From assembly GCF_000400465.1 (NCBI RefSeq), contig NW_008806275.1, forward strand, positions 217,602 to 249,601: 32,000 nt of DNA, in the 5' to 3' direction. Each line of letters opens with the position of its first letter. Position 1 is the first letter of the stretch. This stretch comes from Wallemia ichthyophaga EXF-994 (Eukaryota; Fungi; Basidiomycota). Below are positions 23,426-32,000 of the stretch, piece by piece. The notes beneath the pieces are model-generated. The model was given only the letters and a program-made list of their open reading frames with translations, had not been told where the DNA came from and did no database searches. A program made the position numbers and the translations under genes.

Positions 23426-24010
23426 CTATACCCATCCATCCTTTACACCGCTTACGACGGAGACGAGCGGAATGCGACAGTAACGGATCTGTTCATCTGC
23501 TGATGGCTGATGCATGGGATTTGCACACCTAATATCTATAGAACCACTAACCTGCATGTATTGCTTCCGAACGTTGCTTCCGCTCTTGGCTGCCCCAGCC
23601 CCAGCCAATCATAGCACACAATTCACCGATCAAATCACTAACATCACTCGTGTAAGCCTTATAATCAGCGCACTGCTTACATTCACCACCCTCATCACCA
23701 ATATGTCCAACCAGCCTGATATGCAGGCCCCTCAGAAGCCCCGCCTCGACAGGCTGTAAAAAAACAGCAGTGATGTCATAATCTCGATCGACCTCCTTTT
23801 GAGAATGGTCTGAATGCTCAAATCGCGTAAACAAATTAGAACAAGGCAAATTAATACTGAGATAGATTTATGGGAAGTGCTACCGCTCAAAACTCCCCTC
23901 GAATCAGCTAAAATACACCCTGAAATGCCAAAGAGTCGCCGAGAACATCGTCCAAGGAATGCTGAGGCGTGATAAAGAAAATAAAAATAAAAACATACAT
24001 ACATTGCCAT
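23426..24010 (-). CDS. Possible small multi-exon hypothetical protein, structure uncertain
   Basis: ATG at 24010 followed by GTATGT donors; protein-like frame 23547-23849 (DRDYDITAVFLQP..GWGWGSQERKQR) ending at a GTTAGT donor; no family recognised. Confidence 0.35.
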
Positions 24011-24174
24011 TTAAATTTACAACACACTGATCTCAGTATCATCGTGATCTGTACCTGAAATGAACAAAAAACTTGATGACGACGATTATCAGTGAATATC
24101 AAAGATATTTAAGTTTATTTGCGCGCTCGGTTATTTTTCAAGTATAACGACCACTATCTGTTAAACAGAATACA

Positions 24175-25268
24175 ATGATTTCCTCAAGAGCAGCAACATC
24201 CTCACAACAAACTGAATCCCGTTGCAGACGTGAATCTGTCAACAAGCTCGAGAAATCTCTTACACAGATATTGAAGGAGCAGTCCTCCTCAACGCAAGAG
24301 AGAACAGTGAAGCCTCTTCCAGGTGCGAGCGATGTCGGTATGATCCTCAGCGACGTCGACGGCACTCTCCTCGACGACGAGCACGATGTCCACCCTCGCA
24401 CCTCAGAAGCTATCAGATACATCAGACAGAACCATCCAGAAATTCCTGTGATCCCAGTTACTGGAAAGCAACGCGCCTCGTGCGATCTTGTTGCGAAACG
24501 CTGTGGCTTGGAGGACATGCCATCTGGCTGCTGTCACGGCTCAATCATCTACACTCCCGAAGGCCAGATCGAGTCTCAGTTGGGAATTGACCCGGCTGTC
24601 GTAGTTGACGTCACAAATGTTCTTATACAGAGAAACCGCTCCGTTTTTATCTACGAACATGACTCTGTCAACTGCGTCGCTCTTCAAGGACACCCTACCC
24701 TCGACTTCTACGAGATCACCCGCGGATACGACCCTAGCATTAGAGATGTTCGCGGAACTAACTATATGGACAGAGTCGCTTCCGGCCAAGTCGTCGTAAC
24801 TAAAATGTTCTTGCCAATGGAAGTGTCTATCGTTCCAGATGAAATGGATCACCTCAACTCTGTCTTCAAGAATGGTGAGGACTACAGAATGACTCGCGCA
24901 TTGAAAGATATCATCGAATTGATTCCTGCAAAGATCGACAAATCTGTCGCCCTTGATCACTTCTCCAAGATGTACAACGTCGAAAAAGGAAAAATCATGA
25001 CTTTCGGTGATGGTGAAAACGACTGTGGCATGTTCAAGGCATCTGGAATGTCTGTGTCAATGGGTAATGCTATGGCCTTACCAGCTCAAGTCAGCGATTT
25101 CTCCACAAAGACTAACAATGAAGGCGGTGTTGGCTGTATTCTTGATGCTATCTTCCGGTTAGTGATTCGTTATGTCTTAGAAACAGTCCTAACTCCTCAC
25201 ACAGTCCAGAGTACAAGTACAAGTCAGACGTTCAAGAAACCGATTCTGGTTACGCCTCAGCAGCTTAA
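24175..25268 (+). CDS. Cof-type HAD-superfamily (IIB) hydrolase, ~348 aa, intron 25158-25204
   Basis: Motif I ILSDVDGTLL, motif II VTGK, motif III K(SVAL), motif IV FGDGENDCGMF. Confidence 0.88.
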
Positions 25269-25679
25269 TTAAGCTCGTATACCACTCCATAGATTCGTCT
25301 TTATTTTGTCTATCTATTCGTGTATCGCAATTTTATTTTTATAAGTTTTCAAGCTATTCGATCGTTATCTTGGATATTAAAAACTATTTTGAAAAACACA
25401 TAATTCACTAATCAAGATAAATATCTTGGCAATATCTCAATTTTTACCCTTCATGACGCGTGTTGCTCTTTCCGACGTGCGGCGTCCACACAAGTAAATG
25501 TTGGCTCCAGGAAAAAGCATAACAAGCCTTACATGTACTTACATACTTAGCAAATGAGTGCGGCTCCTATATTTACATTCAAGTGGTTAAATCAGAATTA
25601 GTCTATGAGAATACAATGGCTTGTTGAACATGCACTTTTTATGCGTTGGGTTTTCAAGAAGGCCATAATCACAATGACC

Positions 25680-26038
25680 CTAAAGTATTTTGCTCATGAA
25701 ATTACCTCTGCAGTCATCGTGCTCGTGTTTGTCATCGTGGTGCTTGTGTTCACCTTTGCGTTCGCCCTTGTGGTTGATTGCCTCCTCGGAGTAGAGCTCT
25801 GGGTAGTACTCGCCGCTTGAATTGAGTTCTTTCTCCTCTTCGTGGGTCAAATGGTGGAAGTCAATGCGACCATCGTGCTGTACTGTGTGAGAGTCTAAAG
25901 ACAAACAGCATAACAACCTACTTTATCTCTAACACGGAGAGCTCTCTTGCCGGCACCAAAACCTCTGACATCAAGAGGAGCAGCCGTAGAAACGGAGAGG
26001 ACGGCAGCGACTACGAGGAGGGCGATTGATGATCTCAC
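25680..26038 (-). pseudogene. His-rich secreted protein copy A; GTG in place of ATG and an altered 3' end (pseudogene or non-AUG gene), intron 25878-25921
   Basis: gtg-RSSIALLVVAAVLSVSTAAP signal peptide with an in-frame upstream TAA and no ATG; homology to copies B and C stops at 25713 (tail CRGNFMSKIL*). Confidence 0.6.
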
Positions 26039-26487
26039 TGTTGCAAGGTGTGTTGTGTTGTAGTATAAAAAGAATTAAAAGGCCTTTTTAGCTTGCTCGT
26101 TAGTCGTCCACACTTTTTAGCGTCGAACTAAAGTGTTCTATTTTTTTTTCACAGTCCGGCACACCCAACTGAAAGGGATTCATGTTACGTGAAAGAGTAT
26201 GACGTAAAAGAACTGAGCAGGGCATTTAGTTTTCAAGATAAAGATAACTATATAATGCATGAACAAATTGCACAAGAATGAAACACTTTTGAAGTTTGAT
26301 GATGAAGATTTTCAACAAGTATGCTTTGCAAGCTACTTTCACATCTGAAACAGTATAGCATGACACAGTCCTTATCAAGCATTGTGTGATGCAGACTACA
26401 TATTATTCGGCGAAAATTTTAACAACTACGCCTGTAAGTCTTCATAAATAAATTCATTATTATACAGTCTATGCAATGCAATATGTG

Positions 26488-27629
26488 TCATTTACCCGGC
26501 GGCACGAAATCTTTGCTGAGATCAATGCCTTGCTCCTGCAAGTGTGTATTTGTGATCTTGACGCGCCTATTTGAGCTGCCCGCCTTCTTTCTCTTCTTTT
26601 GCGCCTGCTGTGGCGCTGCTGGAGCCACCTCCGTCTTTGATGTACGTTTGAGACCGGCTGAGAAGGGTGAGGTTGAGTACAACTAGTTACAAAGCTTTGC
26701 TCACCATCGTCAAGATCTCTAGCAACTTCTGATTCAACTGGCACGTTCAAGCTGTTCCACAGTCCTCTAAACTCTGTTGAGTTGAGTTAGGATATTCAGT
26801 CTCCTTCTGGTAACCATATAACCCTCACCATCCTGTACTTCAATCGCGTCCTTGACATTGTTCTCAAACACAGTTCTCATCCCTTGTCCGTCTTTACCCC
26901 TCAACACGATAATTTCTTTCTCGCGTTCTAGTTCATCGATAGCTTGTGGAGCTCCAGGCCATGATTCCTTGAGTATGTTGACACGCATACCTCCTCTCGG
27001 CGCATAAGCTTTGACATGTGCCAGCAGTTCAGCCTTAGATTTCATCGGGAAATCATGGCGATAGCTGTAAAGATCGAGCTTGGTGTCGTGCTGCACTCTG
27101 TCATGCGAGTTGAATAAATCGAGTAAACCAGGTGTCCGTATGAGTTCTATACCAGATCTAACGATAAGATCTTCTAATCGAATAGGAGCATTGTAATCCT
27201 GTAAGTATGTGAATATTCCGTCAACGTATGCTCATAATGACAATCTACCTTGATGAACTGGACGAGATAGGCGAGCTGTGAGTTGATATGCATACCTACA
27301 CCGGTATCACGAGGCTGTGAGAATATCTCTGCTGGTTTATCAGAATACAAAAGGCAGACTAGTGGCAGCATCACCATTATTCTTCTTCCGCCTGGCAGCG
27401 GCAGCGGCAGCAGCTTGCTGCGAGCCTGCTATGGGTATACCGTCATCGCCGTTTGCACCAGCACCAGGCGTCGGTGCAACGCTGGGAGATCTCGATTCGA
27501 CACCACCCCACGCTTGCGGCTGCTGGCTCGCAACTTTCTTTCTAAAAGCCTGGGCTTGAGCTTGCAATGACCTATTAAGGGCATCAATAAACCAATTTAA
27601 TATGTATCTCGTTGCTGTTAGATTTACAT
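26488..27629 (-). CDS. TFA2: Transcription initiation factor TFIIE beta subunit, copy 1, 5 introns
   Basis: IFSQPRDTGVGMHINSQLAYLVQFIK, LYSYRHDFPMKSKAELL, LKESWPGAPQAIDELE, LWNSLNVP, KITNTHL..IDLSKDF. Confidence 0.9.
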
Positions 27630-27926
27630 TTCTGCCAAAGATGATGATAGTCGAGGTGAAAGGGAGATAAGGCAGGGGTGGTTGGTTGATTACTGGATAG
27701 ATTTATTTGGTCTACAGAATTTGAGTAGATGTCAGATTATTGAGGCCAACATTCATCTCTTACTCATCCACAGCCTTTGTCTTCCTCCTCTACGGCCACC
27801 ACTACCACCCACTCATCCAGTCAGAATCAAATTGAAATTGTCCGTGTGGTTATACAATACACATTTGTTAATTTAGAGAATCATTTTGTTCATTGGGATT
27901 TTAAGCGAGCGTGTCCAACTGCTGTT

Positions 27927-28412
27927 TCAATTGAAAAGACATGGATCGTATTTGCCAGAGGCGATAAACTTCTCCTTCTCCTCAGGAGTGTATCCACACT
28001 TGTCCTTTTGGACCTGGCTTCCTTTCTCCTTGTTTCCACTTTCTGGCTCCTTTGGTGATTCTTTTTGATTTTCCTCTGGTTGCTTTGCTGGTGTTTCTTT
28101 TTTATTATCCTCTGGCTGCTTGGATGGCTCAGATGATTCCTTGTTTTCATTACCTTCCTTCTTGCCTTCTTCTGGCTGCTTTGATTCGCCCTTGCTCTCC
28201 CCGTTGTTTGGGTAGTTACCGGCACCCCAAAGGTCTTCGATCCACTGACCGCTTTGAATAGCTTTGTCAAGAGATCCGTTTTGGTCAGCACCACGCTTGA
28301 CCTGGACATTGGTGAGCACGCTTTTGCTTATTATTCAACATATACTCACCTCCATCTTGGCGGATGCGAGGACCGTTACTGCGAGAAGACCGACAATGTA
28401 AGTTAATTTCAT
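27927..28412 (-). CDS. Orphan secreted Lys/Glu-rich protein, copy 1, ~145 aa, intron 28302-28349
   Basis: Signal peptide MKLTYIVGLLAVTVLASA; canonical GTGAGT..GCTCAC..CAG intron; VKR site; KQPEE/KQPED repeats; CGY..DPC tail. Confidence 0.75.
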
Positions 28413-28736
28413 TGCTCGATTGTAGTTGTAAGTAGAAGAGCAGTGGAAACTGATCTCCTTTAAATAGCTTAATATTTGGTAGATGCCGATTTTTTGTGGG
28501 ATTTAATTTCCTTAGCCTTCCTTTTTTGGTTATCCGGCGAATTGAAGTATGTCTCACAAGACTAGATGCGTTCATACCTACCAGTATGGTAAGAGTTCTG
28601 CACAGCTGCGCCACTGAGCAGTTGCTATTAAAGTTTAAGATAAGCTTTTAATAAAGTGTCTCTGCATCAATGTTTCAAAGGTAGCGTGAAAATATTAATG
28701 AAACGCAGTACGTTCTACAATGGTATGCGATGGTAT

Positions 28737-29113
28737 TTAGTGCTCTTCGTTGTGCATGTCTTTCTCGTCATGCTTGTTTTCCTTGTGGTCATCGTGCTCG
28801 TGTTTGTCGTCGTGGTGCTTGTGTTCACCTTTGTGTTCGCCCTTGTGGTTGATTGCCTCCTCGGAGTAGAGCTCTGGGTAGTACTCGCCGCTTGAATTGA
28901 GTTCTTTCTCCTCTTCGTGGGTCAAATGGTGGAAGTCAATGCGACCATCGTGCTGTACTGTGTGAGAGTCTAAAGACAAACAGCATAACAACCTACTTTA
29001 TCTCTAACACGGAGAGCTCTCTTGCCGGCACCAAAACCTCTGACATCAAGAGGAGCAGCCGTAGAAACGGAGAGGACGGCAGCGACTACGAGGAGGGCGA
29101 TTGATGATCTCAC
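28737..29113 (-). CDS. His-rich secreted protein copy B (chimeric, GTG start), ~110 aa, intron 28953-28996
   Basis: Same GTG signal-peptide exon as copy A; C-terminus HKGEHKGEHKHHDDKHEHDDHKENKHDEKDMHNEEH* as in copy C. Confidence 0.6.
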
Positions 29114-29562
29114 TGTTGCAAGGTGTGTTGTGTTGTAGTATAAAAAGAATTAAAAGGCCTTTTTAGCTTGCTCGTTAGTCGTCCACACTTTTTAGCGTCG
29201 AACTAAAGTGTTCTATTTTTTTTTCACAGTCCGGCACACCCAACTGAAAGGGATTCATGTTACGTGAAAGAGTATGACGTAAAAGAACTGAGCAGGGCAT
29301 TTAGTTTTCAAGATAAAGATAACTATATAATGCATGAACAAATTGCACAAGAATGAAACACTTTTGAAGTTTGATGATGAAGATTTTCAACAAGTATGCT
29401 TTGCAAGCTACTTTCACATCTGAAACAGTATAGCATGACACAGTCCTTATCAAGCATTGTGTGATGCAGACTACATATTATTCGGCGAAAATTTTAACAA
29501 CTACGCCTGTAAGTCTTCATAAATAAATTCATTATTATACAGTCTATGCAATGCAATATGTG

Positions 29563-30704
29563 TCATTTACCCGGCGGCACGAAATCTTTGCTGAGATCAA
29601 TGCCTTGCTCCTGCAAGTGTGTATTTGTGATCTTGACGCGCCTATTTGAGCTGCCCGCCTTCTTTCTCTTCTTTTGCGCCTGCTGTGGCGCTGCTGGAGC
29701 CACCTCCGTCTTTGATGTACGTTTGAGACCGGCTGAGAAGGGTGAGGTTGAGTACAACTAGTTACAAAGCTTTGCTCACCATCGTCAAGATCTCTAGCAA
29801 CTTCTGATTCAACTGGCACGTTCAAGCTGTTCCACAGTCCTCTAAACTCTGTTGAGTTGAGTTAGGATATTCAGTCTCCTTCTGGTAACCATATAACCCT
29901 CACCATCCTGTACTTCAATCGCGTCCTTGACATTGTTCTCAAACACAGTTCTCATCCCTTGTCCGTCTTTACCCCTCAACACGATAATTTCTTTCTCGCG
30001 TTCTAGTTCATCGATAGCTTGTGGAGCTCCAGGCCATGATTCCTTGAGTATGTTGACACGCATACCTCCTCTCGGCGCATAAGCTTTGACATGTGCCAGC
30101 AGTTCAGCCTTAGATTTCATCGGGAAATCATGGCGATAGCTGTAAAGATCGAGCTTGGTGTCGTGCTGCACTCTGTCATGCGAGTTGAATAAATCGAGTA
30201 AACCAGGTGTCCGTATGAGTTCTATACCAGATCTAACGATAAGATCTTCTAATCGAATAGGAGCATTGTAATCCTGTAAGTATGTGAATATTCCGTCAAC
30301 GTATGCTCATAATGACAATCTACCTTGATGAACTGGACGAGATAGGCGAGCTGTGAGTTGATATGCATACCTACACCGGTATCACGAGGCTGTGAGAATA
30401 TCTCTGCTGGTTTATCAGAATACAAAAGGCAGACTAGTGGCAGCATCACCATTATTCTTCTTCCGCCTGGCAGCGGCAGCGGCAGCAGCTTGCTGCGAGC
30501 CTGCTATGGGTATACCGTCATCGCCGTTTGCACCAGCACCAGGCGTCGGTGCAACGCTGGGAGATCTCGATTCGACACCACCCCACGCTTGCGGCTGCTG
30601 GCTCGCAACTTTCTTTCTAAAAGCCTGGGCTTGAGCTTGCAATGACCTATTAAGGGCATCAATAAACCAATTTAATATGTATCTCGTTGCTGTTAGATTT
30701 ACAT
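29563..30704 (-). CDS. TFA2: Transcription initiation factor TFIIE beta subunit, copy 2
   Basis: Identical to copy 1 at +3075. Confidence 0.88.
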
Positions 30705-31001
30705 TTCTGCCAAAGATGATGATAGTCGAGGTGAAAGGGAGATAAGGCAGGGGTGGTTGGTTGATTACTGGATAGATTTATTTGGTCTACAGAATTTGAG
30801 TAGATGTCAGATTATTGAGGCCAACATTCATCTCTTACTCATCCACAGCCTTTGTCTTCCTCCTCTACGGCCACCACTACCACCCACTCATCCAGTCAGA
30901 ATCAAATTGAAATTGTCCGTGTGGTTATACAATACACATTTGTTAATTTAGAGAATCATTTTGTTCATTGGGATTTTAAGCGAGCGTGTCCAACTGCTGT
31001 T

Positions 31002-31487
31002 TCAATTGAAAAGACATGGATCGTATTTGCCAGAGGCGATAAACTTCTCCTTCTCCTCAGGAGTGTATCCACACTTGTCCTTTTGGACCTGGCTTCCTTT
31101 CTCCTTGTTTCCACTTTCTGGCTCCTTTGGTGATTCTTTTTGATTTTCCTCTGGTTGCTTTGCTGGTGTTTCTTTTTTATTATCCTCTGGCTGCTTGGAT
31201 GGCTCAGATGATTCCTTGTTTTCATTACCTTCCTTCTTGCCTTCTTCTGGCTGCTTTGATTCGCCCTTGCTCTCCCCGTTGTTTGGGTAGTTACCGGCAC
31301 CCCAAAGGTCTTCGATCCACTGACCGCTTTGAATAGCTTTGTCAAGAGATCCGTTTTGGTCAGCACCACGCTTGACCTGGACATTGGTGAGCACGCTTTT
31401 GCTTATTATTCAACATATACTCACCTCCATCTTGGCGGATGCGAGGACCGTTACTGCGAGAAGACCGACAATGTAAGTTAATTTCAT
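31002..31487 (-). CDS. Orphan secreted Lys/Glu-rich protein, copy 2
   Basis: Identical to 27927-28412 at +3075. Confidence 0.75.
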
Positions 31488-31811
31488 TGCTCGATTGTAG
31501 TTGTAAGTAGAAGAGCAGTGGAAACTGATCTCCTTTAAATAGCTTAATATTTGGTAGATGCCGATTTTTTGTGGGATTTAATTTCCTTAGCCTTCCTTTT
31601 TTGGTTATCCGGCGAATTGAAGTATGTCTCACAAGACTAGATGCGTTCATACCTACCAGTATGGTAAGAGTTCTGCACAGCTGCGCCACTGAGCAGTTGC
31701 TATTAAAGTTTAAGATAAGCTTTTAATAAAGTGTCTCTGCATCAATGTTTCAAAGGTAGCGTGAAAATATTAATGAAACGCAGTACGTTCTACAATGGTA
31801 TGCGATGGTAT

Positions 31812-32000
31812 TTAGTGCTCTTCGTTGTGCATGTCTTTCTCGTCATGCTTGTTTTCCTTGTGGTCATCGTGCTCGTGTTTGTCGTCGTGGTGCTTGTGTT
31901 CACCTTTGTGTTCGCCCTTGTGGTTGATTGCCTCCTCGGAGTAGAGCTCTGGGTAGTACTCGCCGCTTGAATTGAGCTCTTTCTCCTCATCGTGGGTCAA
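31812..32000 (-). CDS. His-rich secreted protein copy C, 5' end beyond the window
   Basis: THDEEKELNSSGEYYPELYSEEAINHKGEHK..HNEEH*; differs from copies A and B at 31977 and 31989. Confidence 0.7.
   Translation of the reverse strand: MTHDEEKELNSSGEYYPELYSEEAINHKGEHKGEHKHHDDKHEHDDHKENKHDEKDMHNEEH

Larger units (their letters stand above)
25713..31862. repeat. Tandem segmental duplication, 3075-bp unit: copy 1 25713-28787, copy 2 28788-31862; the flanking paralogue resumes at 31863
   Basis: ORF-track translations recur identically at +3075 from 26469 onward; spot checks found no differences beyond the SNPs at 25734/28809 and 25759/28834. Confidence 0.97.

Noticed and set aside
26259-26389. Tiny spliced plus-strand ORF MNKLHKNETLLKFDDEDFQQ/YSMTQSLSSIV (also at +3075)
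   Set aside because: Needs a 35-nt intron, shorter than the others here, and has no recognisable motif; insufficient support
25713-31862. Transposon, LTR element or CRISPR explanation for the large repeat
   Set aside because: No transposase, reverse transcriptase, terminal inverted repeats, target-site duplication or repeat-spacer periodicity; content is ordinary spliced host genes

Overview
Very compact, intron-containing fungal DNA with short GT-AG introns of about 43-60 nt. The style suggests a basidiomycete with a reduced genome, Wallemia-like, but that is inference only. The window holds tightly packed housekeeping genes: a fasciclin-domain protein, LYS1, an ARP9-like actin-related protein, FPR2, ERG7, RCF1, TRM82, ERV1, a nucleoporin-like protein, complex I NUXM subunit, a CLC channel, MPC2, an SPX phosphate transporter, Y14/RBM8A and a Cof-type HAD hydrolase. 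Spacers between them are often only 22-70 bp. Two accessory regions stand out. (1) A pair of secreted expansin-like DPBB genes (3478-3934, 5234-5711) are identical in their 5' ~280 bp but diverge at the 3' end and differ by one intron. (2) A 3075-bp tandem duplication (25713-28787 / 28788-31862) carries TFIIE-beta and an orphan secreted Lys/Glu-rich protein and is bounded by His-rich secreted-protein paralogues. Diagnostic SNPs show the middle His-rich copy is a chimera of the two flanking ones, and two copies have GTG where ATG is expected. No rRNA, tRNA, CRISPR array or recognisable transposase was found.
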